Positions 38,947-50,405 of a DNA stretch of 64,000 nt are shown here, one piece after another. The DNA comes from Prorocentrum cordatum (taxonomy: Eukaryota). Within the stretch, counting starts at the first letter, position 1, and the number at the start of each line of letters is the position of its first letter. Made by a program: the position numbers and the translations under genes. The notes under the pieces are model-generated. The model worked only from the letters and a program-made list of their open reading frames with translations, made no database searches and had not been told where the DNA came from. The stretch covers positions 1-64,000 of the forward strand of contig CAUYUJ010000252.1 in assembly GCA_963575745.1 (NCBI GenBank), read 5' to 3'.

Positions 38947-39589
38947 CCAACAAACTTCTCTGGACTCTGGCAGGAGAGAGGAGCTGTTGCGCAGCATGGG
39001 CTTCGAAGCCAGAGCAGTCTAACATTTCTCTCTTGGGCTGTTGCGGCAACCGGGACACGCCGCCTCTGACGGGCGCGTCATTGTCGTCGTCCTACCTTGA
39101 AGTCGGGCATGTCACTCTACAGGGGGAATCTTCAAAAACAGTAAATGAACAGCCTGAGGACAATTTTTGAGATAATTGTTGCATATTTAGGGGACATGTT
39201 GCTCGTATTTCTTATTTCTCGTCCAAAATCCGCCTGGAGGGGACACGCCCGACCTAATCCTACAACCCCGTGCGAAAACCAAATGGTGTCTTTCTACACG
39301 CACGCACTTCCCCACCCCCCCAGTTTCGACGTTCCATGCGGTGCCGAGTTGTGCTTCCGAAATTCGCCCGTCGCCCGATCAACATTGCAATGGGGGGGGG
39401 CCGGGGGGCTCACCAAACACCAGCTGCTCTTCGCACGGGGATGTAGCACGGCGCCCGTGGAAGGCGCGGTCTCTCACCCGCAGCATGCCCGCGCGCGTGA
39501 GCCTGAGACGCGCTGGCGCGCCGTGCCCGCGCGGCCCTGCCCCGCCGGCGGCCCCCGCCGCTCGCTCCCGGTGGCTGCCCGCGAGGCCC

Positions 39590-39938
39590 TGGACCTGCAC
39601 GAACGAAATGGGCAAGGAAAGAATGGGTATTACCAGCCTCGAACGCATCCCTATCCCTACATCTTAGGTTCGCCCTCAAAAAATAAGGGAATCCCTAAGA
39701 TTGGCATCATGATGAGGAGGTGCCCAGCATAGGGATAGGGATATGTTCCAGGCTGGTAAGGGTACAATGCCCAACAGCGGTCTTGTCCATTTTGAACAGG
39801 GCTCGCGGTCCGCGCCGCCGCGGCCTGCGTCCATTCGAGACAGGAGGCCGCCTGCCCAACAGCGGCCGCTGTTGAATCGGGACAACATTTGCTGTTGGGC
39901 ACTGTGCCCATTGTTTCCGTGCCCATTGCGGGCGTCCA
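39590..39938. mobile_element. Nested MITEs: inner element 39630-39759 with 5-bp TSD GGGTA, inside an outer foldback
   Basis: Inner TIR TTACCAGCCT..ATCCCTATCCCTA / TAGGGATAGGGAT..AGGCTGGTAA; outer AATGGGCA..TGCCCAACAGC / GCTGTTGGGCA..TGCCCATT. Confidence 0.8.
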
Positions 39939-40019
39939 AACTGGAGGATTGTTCCTCACGTGGTCGAGCCGTGCAAGCTATCAAAGGAGAACAAACACAC
40001 ACACAAGCATAATTAAACT

Positions 40020-40155
40020 TTTGGCGTTCCGCGCGGATTTCTTGGCTCCGCGCCTGGGCCCCCCGACGGCTCCAGCGGCGCCGCCCCTGGCGCGCTCCGC
40101 GCGACAGGGAGGTGGGCCCGTCGCGAATCCAAGCAATCCGCGCGGAGCGCCAACA
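40020..40155. mobile_element. ~135-bp MITE family; other copies at ~49101-49240 and ~61275-61420 (inverted)
   Basis: TTGGCG(T/C)TCCGCGCGGAT / ATCCGCGCGGAGCGCCAA ends; shared core ggcgccgcccctggcgcgctccgcgcg. Confidence 0.75.
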
Positions 40156-40619
40156 CTTTATGTTTATGTGGTTTTTCTTCTTCTAAGCAAGCCGCAGGAG
40201 GTTTTGAATGATGCCCCCCCCAAGCTCTCGGCTTGCAAATCAAGCTCGCTCCTCCCCTCCTCACCCTTTCCCTCATCATCCTCATCACCAGGGGCCCTCA
40301 CCCCCCCACGATCATCAGCGGTCCATGGCCGCCGCGGGGGGAATAAATTTTCAAGTGTTGTTGGGGTCCCAGTCCGTCAACAAGCACGCGGAAAATTTCG
40401 TTCCCAATTCCGGGTGTGTGTGTGTGTGTTATGAAAGACCTGTCGCGGTCGCTGCACGTGCGATTCTGGTTTCTCCGACAGCACAGGGTGCCCGAGGCGC
40501 CCTCAGGAGGGAGGGGGGAGGGCGATCACCCCCCAGTTTTCAATAGCCTGACTGTTCCAGCATATCCATGTTTTCGAGGATGCCTCGAGGGAGAGCTTTA
40601 CTTTTAAACGATACGACAT

Positions 40620-40815
40620 CTCATACACACCCCTTACATGTGCGACTCCCAGATGTCTTGGTGTGGAATTCCGCCCGGGCTCCAGGTGCGCGATGTCGGA
40701 TGGGATCCCCGCTCGAGCCCCCCCCTCGGGGTCGACGCTTCGCACCCCTAATTACCTACAGCACCTTAGCCGCCTTGCCCTTCCCCAGTCCACCTCCCTA
40801 TAGGTTTGAGCGTGC
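40620..40815 (+). repeat. Diverged direct repeat; second copy at ~42550-42755
   Basis: cccagat..gtggaattcc..tccccgctcga..ctcggggtc..cgccttgcccttcccca..cctaYaggtttgag is present in both. Confidence 0.85.
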
Positions 40816-40961
40816 GCTCTTCTTTCATCGCGCCCCACCCATTTCTTTCGACTCGTCCTCTCTCTGCCTCGGTGTTAGTGCCAAGTTCTTCTGCAGCCAC
40901 TGGCTCACTGGGTGCGTTTTTGCATGGGGCCGCGCAGTGCCATTCAGCAAGTGGGCGCCAC

Positions 40962-42047
40962 ATGTCTACCAAGGTCGCAAGTGCAGTGACGAGGACGGCA
41001 GGTGGAGGTGAGAACCCTGAAGAGCCTCTCAGAGAACCTTTGGTTAACCTGCCAGTTGAGACCGGTAAGAAACATGTCTACGGATACATGTGGATGTTTG
41101 CGGTCGCGAGTCTGAATCTTGGGACGGTGGTATTGACCAGCTTCATCTCACAGTCTGGCGATATCCCGACATACACTCAGAATTTCATAAGGTGCCTCGC
41201 AGCGGCCTTTTCCATGCTCGCGGTCGCCATCTTTCGTCAAGACCCACTGCTTCCATCTAGGTTGATAGCTCGACAGTGCTTGACTTTCGGTTTGGCCGAT
41301 TGGTTCTTCCTCTGGGGCTACGTGAAAGCTCTCATCTATGTTTCAGTCTTGCAGTACACTGTTCTCAATACGTCTTTCGGCCCCGTTGTCAGCGCGTTGA
41401 TGGGTCTTTTGGTGCTCGGCGAGCAAATTAGTAAATATAAGGTATGTGGGCTGCTTCGAAATGTGGCCTTGGCATTCCTGATCACAGATCCCTTCGATGG
41501 AAAAGGTTCTGTAGCCACATTGATGACAGGATTTCTCTGGGTGATCGTGGCTGCGGCTGGCACCGGTGCCATGCGAATCGTTCAGCGCACGAATGCTGCA
41601 ATTCCCCCGATCGTGTTTATGTTCTGGGGCTACGTCCTAAATACTTTGTTGTGGTTGCCGCCAGGATGCATTCCACCAAAGTTACGCGTGCCTTTCCTGT
41701 GGCCTGCCGTGCCCCAGGATAGCACAGACTTGTTCGGATTACCTGCGAGCACTTGGATCGTGATGTCGCTCTCAGGTGTCCTTGGTGCGTCGATCATGCT
41801 TGCTCAAGGCCAGGCTTTGAAGTACTTGGATGTAGGCACATATGCTATGCTTGTAACACCGTTGGCGCTGGTCCAAACTGTCATCTATAGTTCGATATCC
41901 GCGTGCCTGCGGCAAGTTTCGCCACTGTGCCAGCGTAGCGCTCTGTTTGGCGGACCTTCGAGATCCGCCCGGAAGAGCTACAGTCAAGACGCTGAAATAA
42001 GGAACAGCCTGGGTTCGGAAGGGGCACGCTGTTCCTTGGATTCATAG
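40962..42047 (+). CDS. EamA/DMT (drug-metabolite transporter superfamily) membrane protein; similarity fades at ~41900
   Basis: About nine hydrophobic helices with DMT signatures NFIRC, KALIYVSV, PVVSALMGLLVLGEQI and QALKYLDVG; more than 900 nt without an intron. Confidence 0.85.
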   Translation: MSTKVASAVTRTAGGGENPEEPLREPLVNLPVETGKKHVYGYMWMFAVASLNLGTVVLTSFISQSGDIPTYTQNFIRCLAAAFSMLAVAIFRQDPLLPSRLIARQCLTFGLADWFFLWGYVKALIYVSVLQYTVLNTSFGPVVSALMGLLVLGEQISKYKVCGLLRNVALAFLITDPFDGKGSVATLMTGFLWVIVAAAGTGAMRIVQRTNAAIPPIVFMFWGYVLNTLLWLPPGCIPPKLRVPFLWPAVPQDSTDLFGLPASTWIVMSLSGVLGASIMLAQGQALKYLDVGTYAMLVTPLALVQTVIYSSISACLRQVSPLCQRSALFGGPSRSARKSYSQDAEIRNSLGSEGARCSLDS

Positions 42048-42318
42048 TTGTTTCTCTAGCTATCCTCGTGCACCAATGGGTTTCTAGGGTCAGAAAGGCT
42101 TTGTTCCTGATTTCGCGTTCCTTATGGTAGTAGCTTGACTGCAGGCTCTTGGGAGCCGTAGCATGTTATGCGCTCTTCCGCGGCCTCGCGATGGCCGTAA
42201 GATGAGATGGTTGTCTTCCTGAGTGCCCAGACGCGTGTAGTTATTTTGGCCTGCGGCGACGCACACGGTCACATACAGTACGCATTGTCTGGATACGCGA
42301 ATGCGAATGCGGACGTCT

Positions 42319-42539
42319 AGGCCTCCCAGATGGGGTCAGAGTAGATGGGATCGGAGGATCGCGCCGCATCGGCGATGCATCGGCGATGCGGCTCGGTGTG
42401 GAGCCTAGTTTTCTCCGTGCGCCCAGGCGTCGCCGATGCACCGCCGACGTCGCCGATGCATCGTCGGCGCATCGGCGATGCATCGGCGGTGCGGCGCGAT
42501 CCTCCGACCCCATCTACTGCGACCCCATCTGAGAGGCCT
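42319..42539. mobile_element. Foldback/MITE with ~60-bp arms and AGGCCT termini; partial copy at ~45470-45520
   Basis: aggcctcccagatggggtc..gtagatggg.tcggaggatcgcgccgca pairs with tgcggcgcgatcctccga.cccatctac..gaccccatctgagaggcct. Confidence 0.85.
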
Positions 42540-43319
42540 CTGGGTAATGAGCTGACACCCAGCATCCACATCTAAGCGGCCCCCAGATTTCTCGGGGTGG
42601 AATTCCGGGAGGTGCTATGGGTATGTGTCGTCGGATCGGGGTCCCCGCTCGAACGGGAGCCCCCCTCGGGGTCCGACAACTCTGCACCCATACCTATAGT
42701 GCCTCCATCGCCTTGCCCTTCCCCATTCCTTCTCCCTACAGGTTTGAGTGTGTGTGTGCTGTTCTTTCTTCAGTAGAGGAAGGTGGCCACAGGAGAAGGG
42801 ATGCTCCAAGGCGCACCCGGCGCCGCGGGATGGGCCGAGCCGCTCGGTGCACGGCCTCCGCCTACCCGAACCGCCTCTTGCGCCTGCCAGGTCGGCGGCC
42901 GAACGCCAGGCAGAGCAGTGAAATAAAGTGACGCCCGAGCCCAGCAGAGCCGTCACGTGTGACGCCTTTTTCTCCTATGCCCGAGTGGACCGTACTCTGC
43001 GACAAGTCCCTTCCGCAGTGCGTAACTGCCCCGATACGCCCGCTTTGACACGCAGTACGTGCCGTGTTTAAAAGCATCTATGTTCACACGCTGCGTGTGC
43101 TGGCCACGTTGTGACGAACGTGTTGCGCCAAGGGTAACGTACGTTGTCAATCTCTTGGTTGAGCTCCGTGTCAACACGCCCCAGGGGCGGCTACGCCGCA
43201 GTGGTTTGATGCAGTAGCTTAGGGGAGGAAGAGGTGGAGGATGAGGAAACGGTGATGCGGGGGGAAGAGAGGGGGGAGGGAGAGGACACGGTTTAGCAGT
43301 GGCTCTCGGCTGATCGATT

Positions 43320-43760
43320 TTGGGAACCCCTTTTGAGAGTCTTGGGAGCATCTTGGGACGTCAGGCGGGCACCTTGGGACCATTTTCGGTCGTCCTGGGG
43401 CGTTTCGGTGCAATCCGGGGGCACTCCTGGGCCGTCCCTGGGCGGCCTCTGTTCCCATCTTGGGCCGTACGGAGGCCATCTGGTGCCCTTGTAAATGCAC
43501 TCTTTCGCAGTCTTGCGCTGATCTTGGGCCACTCATAGACAGCCTCTGGGCGCTCCCGAGACGGCCTGTGCCGACGCGCCTGGAAGTCCTAACACACGGA
43601 CGTCCAGATGCCTTGTTGGCTGTTGCCGTCCTGGTCCTCTCTTGGGCCTCTTGGGCCGTCTTCGATGCCTCTTGGGCATTTTGGAGGCCTCCCTGTGCCG
43701 TCTAGGAGGTCCTCTTGGGCCACTTGGGGGCCCATGGGGGTACCAGAAGCGTGGTGGCAG
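43320..43760. repeat. Degenerate TCTTGGG(G)CC-rich repeat
   Basis: Recurrent tcttgggcc / gccgtcttg units. Confidence 0.6.
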
Positions 43761-44760
43761 TGCATGCAAGCATCTGTTGCGGCGGCGGATCTGCCTCTCT
43801 CGGTCGCTTAGTGTGGCTGGGAGTCGTACTGCAGGCACTGGCAATCATGGTGGACATGCATCAGGAATCGCGAGCGCCAGCCTGAAAAGACAGGTGACCA
43901 AGCACCGCATCAAATCCACCAGAAATCCAGGATCCGTCCGCATGCTCTTGGAACTTCGGACGAAGACTTCGCCCCGTTGTGAGCGAGCAAGCCTTGCATC
44001 CGTCGTTTTCCAGGAGCCGCCCAGGTGGACATCGTTTGGTGCGTCTCATGTGATTACATGCCGATTTTCCAGCAGTAGCGTTTTCCCCTTTAGCAAGGGC
44101 TTTGACGTTGTCGTTTTGACAATGTTCCGTTTGGTCCCTGGCCCTGGCCTGCTATGCCAGGTATGGGGAGCAATTCGACTGTTTGGGCAGTTCGCGCGTG
44201 ACATGTTTGCCTGGCTCGTTTCGGAGATGCGCTCGCGAGCCCGTATCCACGATGCGCGTCGGTGATCCCTGGCAAGACAGGCGTGGCTTGTTCAGCTCAA
44301 GGCCTCCGACTAAAAGAGCAAGGGGAGCACTCACCTTTGTGCTGGGCTTTCCTCGCGCCCAGCACCTCGCGGTTCACGGAGAGGGGAAGGACGAGGAAGA
44401 GGGTGAGGAGGAGCTGCGTGCGGACGGCCCCGCAGGAGGGTCGCGCTAGATCATCCAAGCTTGTAGCTTGCAGTGCTTGCCGTCGGACTTCGTTCCGCTG
44501 TGTCAAAGGAGGTGGAGGAGAAGTTTGGGCATGATAATGACAATGATTATCAGGAGGGGGAGGAGGAGGAGGGGAGGAGGAGGAGCAGGAGACGAGGGTG
44601 ATGATGATGAGGAGGAGGAGGGGAAGCAGCAGGAGGATCAGGAGGGGGAGGAGAAGGAGGATAAGCATGATGATGATGATGCTGATGATGATGATGCTGA
44701 TGCTGATGCTGATGATGATGATGATGATGATGCTGATGATGCTGATGATGATGATGATGC

Positions 44761-44798
<38 letters not shown>

Positions 44799-46870
44799 CT
44801 GATGCTGATGATGATGCTGCTGATGATGAGGATGATGATGATGCTGATGATGATGCTGATGATGATGAGGAGGATGAGGATGAGGATGAGGATGAGGATG
44901 AGGATGATGTGGATGATGCTGATGCTGATGATGATGCTGCTGATGATGAGGATGATGATGATGCTGATGATGATGCTGATGATGATGAGGAGGATGAGGA
45001 TGAGGATGAGGATGAGGATGCGTAAGACAGGAGATAGGAAGGAGAAGCCTGCTTCGTTTGGGACCAGGCAGTTTTGGTAGGCCCCCCCCTCCTTTTCCTG
45101 TTCCTTCCCCTCGGGGAGGGGGGCAGGATTGTGGCGGAAAGCTCGTAGTGGGTTCTGAAATATTTTTGGGGCGCCTCACGGCTGACGATATCTGTGTCGC
45201 ACCGAATATGGTCCAGATCTGATGTATTTTGCATTTACGATCGTTGGCTTGGGCTGAGGCGGGTTGCAGACGAGGTCGAAAGGAAGGTCGCGAGTCTTCC
45301 CCTCGCGGCCTGGCAGAACAGCCGCTTCCAGCGACACGTACCAGTATTTCCTCCGGGATTTCGACAGCACCGACGGCACGTGAGCCTCTCAGCCGGTTCT
45401 AACAGCAGGTTGAGGTTCCGCCTTGTGCTTGTGAAGTTCAAGGCCGTCAATATGAGGCTGGAGCAGGTGAGGTCGGAGGATCGTGCCACACCGCCGACGC
45501 ATCGGCGATGCGGTGCGGTCTAGACACTGGTTGTCTGCATCCAGACGTCACCGATACATCCCCATTATCCTGGTTCCATTCAGAAGGCCTCCAGAAGTGA
45601 GAGTCCGCCGCATCTACTCGACTTTGCGCGAGCTTGGGAGATGCAGCTCTTCTGGGCTGATCGGCGCCATGTGCTGCGCTGACGTGATCCTGGGCCGTTT
45701 TGACTTCGATCGGGTGGACAGAGCAGAATTCGATGCGCCATATGCGAGTTCGCACATGGATACCACAGCGTAACTAGTCTTGGTCTTGACATCGTGTCGC
45801 GCTTTGTTGAGGTCGCGCTTCATTGGGATCTTGTGATCTCGTGCTTCGTCGGGGTCTTGATCAGTCTGTGGTACGCACTGCGACGCCTTTCAGGTTGCGC
45901 TGCTGCGAGACCGTCGGCGTGTCAGCATCGCTGCAGTGCCCACTGGTTGTGGAGGGGGGAAGAGGCAGAGATGGAGGTTGTGGAGGACGGAGCTCTTGAC
46001 CCCATCTCCAGGTGAGAGTTCTCGAGCCGCATCGATCTCGAAGGTCTCGGGGGATAAGACGAATGCTCTTCGTGTTAGATGTTCATGGCGCTTGGTGTGG
46101 CGTGGGGGAGGGGGGAACGGAAGAGGAGGCGGAGGAGGAGGAGGAAGAGCAGACGGAGGAGCAGGGGGAGGAGGAGGAGGAGGAGAAACGGCCACCCTCC
46201 TTCAGCAGTCCCTCCTCCAGAGACGAACTCAGAGACAGCCGAGAGGCTCGCAAACTTCCAGACATGTAAGCACTGGAGGGGGAAGTGGATACAACATTGC
46301 ACGCAGTGCCGCCGACGCGTGGGCCTCCAGAGCGGTTCACTCGGGCAACGAGTGCGGAGCCTCATGTGTGTGGTGTGTGTGTGTGTGGGTGATTGTGTCT
46401 CGGCGCCGGCCGCCTTGCCTCTTGCAGCTGCCGCAGGGTGGGCCTCGTCCGCCGTGCGCACTTCCTCTGGCACCCTTTGCCGCACAGCTGGTGCGAACCT
46501 CTGGACACACAGGGTTCGCGGCGCCTACGTCCACCTCGCTGTCACCGGCTGGAAGTACACTTCCGCCACCCCCTGGCCACCCCTGGGTCGCACCCTCACA
46601 GTCGGGCTTCAGATTCAAATCTGTGCATTCCTTTTCGTCTCTGGCATTGCATTGCACGCGCTTCGGCTTCTTCCACTTGCGTCTGCCCCGCGAAAAAATC
46701 TTCCGATCCACCCATCTGCTGCGCCAGGTGCTAATTGGCTTAAGCGTGGCCCAGTTTCGCACTCGCGACGGTGTAGCCACCCCGCCGCTGGAGGAAAAAG
46801 CGCGCGTGTGTGTGTGTTTGTGTGTGTGTGTGGAACCCCACTTGCGTGTGTGCCCCATGGGATGTGTGTG

Positions 46871-46904
<34 letters not shown>

Positions 46905-47433
46905 CGTGGGTGAGTTCCAAGCGCTCCCGGTGCGTGCGGGAGCTCTTCCCTCGGCTTCCACTTCACCGTCGGTCGGCCAGTTGTCCTTGGTGTCTGTCTG
47001 TCTGTCCCCCTCCCTCGGCTGTCGGCTGTCGTTCCTCGCTCCTCGCCTCCCTCTTCGCTTCGCTTGGGCCCCCTTTGCCCTCGTCTCGCTGCCCCTTTGT
47101 CGTCCTAGGTTGCCTGGTCGGTCTCCCGTCTGCCCTGCATCGCCCCTCGCTTCGCTTTCTGCTCACGCATTCGTTGCATGTGCGACTTTCCATTCACTTA
47201 GCCCGTCGTTAGTTTGCTTTGTCCGGCCTGGGGCTGGCCGCCGGCGACCGTGCTTGCGGGCTGTGCCGAGGGCGAGGTTGGTCCTCCTCTCGCTCCTGCG
47301 GGAACGGGGCGGGGGAAGAAGCAGGAGGAGGATGATGCAGAGAAGGAGGATGAGGAGGAGGAGGAGAAAAGGAGGATGGGGATGATGACGGAGGAAGACG
47401 ACGACCTCGGTTTCAGCCTGCGTCAAAGCCAAG

Positions 47434-47542
47434 GTGGGTGCGGATCCGATGGAACCGCTCCATAGAGATATCCCCTGGCCAGCAGATGACCGTGGGCGGC
47501 ACCATGATCCAGGTCAACGAGGGTGCTGCCATCCCACCAGAG
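47434..47542 (+). CDS. Gene B exon, end of the FHA domain (WVRIRWNRSIEISPGQQMTVGGTMIQVNEGAAIPPE)
   Basis: WVR...I.PG....VG pattern of the FHA C-terminus; AAG|G acceptor, GAG|GA donor. Confidence 0.75.
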
Positions 47543-47754
47543 GAGAGGGGGAGGAGGAGGGGACGGGAAAAGAGAGAAAGAGAGAGAGAGAGTGCGAGAG
47601 GGAGAGGCAGAGTGCGGATTTTAAGTGTGATCTACCTCGGGCCAGCTCCTTCCCCACTGGCGGGGATTGCAGGCGATCTTATCTTTACCATGCCATCCTC
47701 CTCTCCTCCTCTCTGGCACCACTCACCACTGCAGCTGCACGTGTTCTGGGAACC

Positions 47755-47826
<72 letters not shown>

Positions 47827-47877
47827 GATCATCATCATCATCATCACCATCACCATCACCATCACCATCACCATCAC

Positions 47878-47928
<51 letters not shown>

Positions 47929-50084
47929 CATCATCATCCTCATCATCACACATGTATAAATGTATATAGTAAGTATATTTATATATCTATGTATACCGAT
48001 GTGGCTCGCCCCTCCTCCTGGAGAATGTAAAGCTGGGGCGAGGGGAATGTGCGATGCGGAACACCTTGGTAAGCACTTCTGCCGCTCCAGACACGGCCCT
48101 CGAGAGAGCGCGAAAGGATGCCGTCTCCCTTTCCCTTTCTGACAGAAAGTAACATATTTTTCTCAATCATGGTTTTGCCGACCGTCGCGGACCCTCGCAC
48201 CCCCTCCCCCCCTCCATGGAGTAGATTTTAGCTGTTTTTGGCGCCTGTTTCAAGCAGGTGGAGTCCCATCATGGACGCCCTTTTGCAAACAGTCGCATCG
48301 AGCCAGACCCCCCCCCCCCCTCCCACCCCCTCTCCGCCCAATGTCAACGCCGAATGAGGGAACGTTCGCAAGCTGGTGGAGGGTCCGCGAAAACGCGCGT
48401 AAGTGCAGCGAGGGCGGTCTCGCCGGCGCAGACGTGGCGGAAGCCGACCGACGACCCACAGACGGAGACCATGGGCGGGCCAGAGCTTCTGGAGCCGAAC
48501 GCATCGGCATACACATAGGATGGTCTTTCATACTCGCTGAACCCAGGGTGCTTCCGGTGGGCCTATTGCGGATCTCAGACTGTGTCGGGCGAACGGGTAG
48601 GCGGCGATTGCTTGTTCTTCGCCTCATGCAAGCTTTGACCGTGATTTGCTGTGAGTCTGCCTTGATTGGCTGTGGGCTTGTCGCTGCTATGCCTTTGCCC
48701 TTCCTTAGCCTTCGCTCCTTTTCGTGTTGCTCCTGAACTGCTCTTTGTTATGCTTTCGTTGTTCTGTCATGCAGTTGCTGATGCTGACCCGGCAGGCCCC
48801 TCTCTGGCCGCAGCGTTGCTGTATTCCTCAGACGGTGCTTTCATTGAGGGATTATTGTGGGTTTTGCATTTTCTTGTGAGTATTTGGCTGGCGGCTCCTT
48901 GTTTCAAAGGAGCAAAAGGTCAGGATAATGATACGTTCCAGGATCCCCAAGGCTTCCAGGATTGCCAGTACTTCCTAACGTTCTGCACAGGCTGTGCCGC
49001 TAGATATGAAATCCCTGAAAGGATCCTGAGCCAATCTTATCATGACATCATGCTCGCCATAAAATTTCCTCGAAAAAGAAACGTCGCCATAGACATACAT
49101 TGTTGGCGCTCCGCGCGGATCTCTTGGATCCGCGTTGGGCCCCATCAGGCGGCGCCTCTGGCGCCGCCCCTGGCGCGCTCCGCGCGCCCGGGAGGGGGGT
49201 CCAGCGCGGATCCAAAAACTCTGCGCGGACCTCCAAACATTTGTGCTTGGGCCGCTTTTTCCTCCTCCATTCTCGGCCTCTTGCCGTCGGTGACCCCCTC
49301 GTGGCCGCCCCGTGCGCTCCCTGCCGCTCTTCGGGCGCTCTGGGCAGGCGCGAGGGTTTCTTCTGAGCAGCCCCGCCGCCTGCCGAGAAGGCATTCTCCT
49401 TCTCGCCTCCCCCCGTCGCTCGCCGCCGATTATATTGTTTTCGGCCTGTGGCCGTCGGCATCCCCCTCTCGCGGCCGCCCCGTGCGCTCCCCGCCGCTCT
49501 CCGGGCGCTTTTTTGGCAGGCCGCGCCCTTGGGCGACCTCTCGCGGCCGCCTCGTGCGCGGGCCCGGCCTTCCCGGGGACCCCCCCCCGGCGGTTCGCCG
49601 CCCGCGGTCGCCTCGCGGCTGCCCCGTGGACAACGACGACGACGACCACGACCACGACCACGACGATGACGGCCACGATCAGAGGAGAAAGAGGTACACA
49701 TGCTGCTACCCTTGCCTTGTTTCCCTTTTTTGGGACCTCCTGGGAGGCCCTCGTCGCTACCGCCAGATTCGCCTCGAAATCCTGGTCAGAACGCATCCCA
49801 GGGAGTAGCGGCATCGGTACCTTATGGGTTCCCCCTATCTAGGTTCCGTTCGCAAAAGCGGGATGGACTCTATCCTCTATCACCCTCCCGATGCCGGACT
49901 TACCGGATCCCCTTGGGACCCTGCAGTTTGTACATTTCTGCGTTAGCGTTCGTTGTCCATGCGAAATCCGATTATCCCAACCAAATCGGCATTGACCCCC
50001 GTCACGTCAGTCAAATGATACAATGCGCGCACTTGTGTATATCAAGATATTCTTGTCAGCAATCCCTTGCAACAGAGACCACAA

Positions 50085-50405
50085 CGTCCACACGCGCGCA
50101 GATGTCGAGACCATACCGACCACATTCGTTTTGCAATAATGTCAGCATCTTCAAGACCGATCTTTTCTTTCCAGAAAGCCCACTTGCAACTTTCTGCCCG
50201 CGTGCGTTTGCTGAACTCGCTTGAAATCCATGTGCGTTTAGCAATCTTGTCCAGAACCCACATTGACATCTCACCATGAGGTGCATTCGCGTTGATCTGG
50301 TATGCGCCCAGTGGACAAATCCATATCAAACACCTTGCGGGTCACATGTGCGCCTTGCAGCGCGCGCGTGTCGAAATTCTTCTTCAAATTATTTCAAGAT
50401 CGAAG
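50085..50405 (+). repeat. ~300-bp diverged dispersed repeat; copies at ~51440-51640 (partial) and ~52730-53010
   Basis: Shared ttctgcccgcg..tttagcaatct..ccagaaccc..gcggg.cacatg..cgcgcgcgtgtcgaaat..tttcaagat. Confidence 0.7.

Noticed and set aside
44281..44301. Weak SL-like match (also at ~27905 and ~62965)
   Set aside because: Only about 14/21 identity and no element boundary.
45970..46011. Possible small exon AEMEVVEDGALDPIS
   Set aside because: It has a good GTGAG donor but does not fit the missing FHA segment and has no other support.
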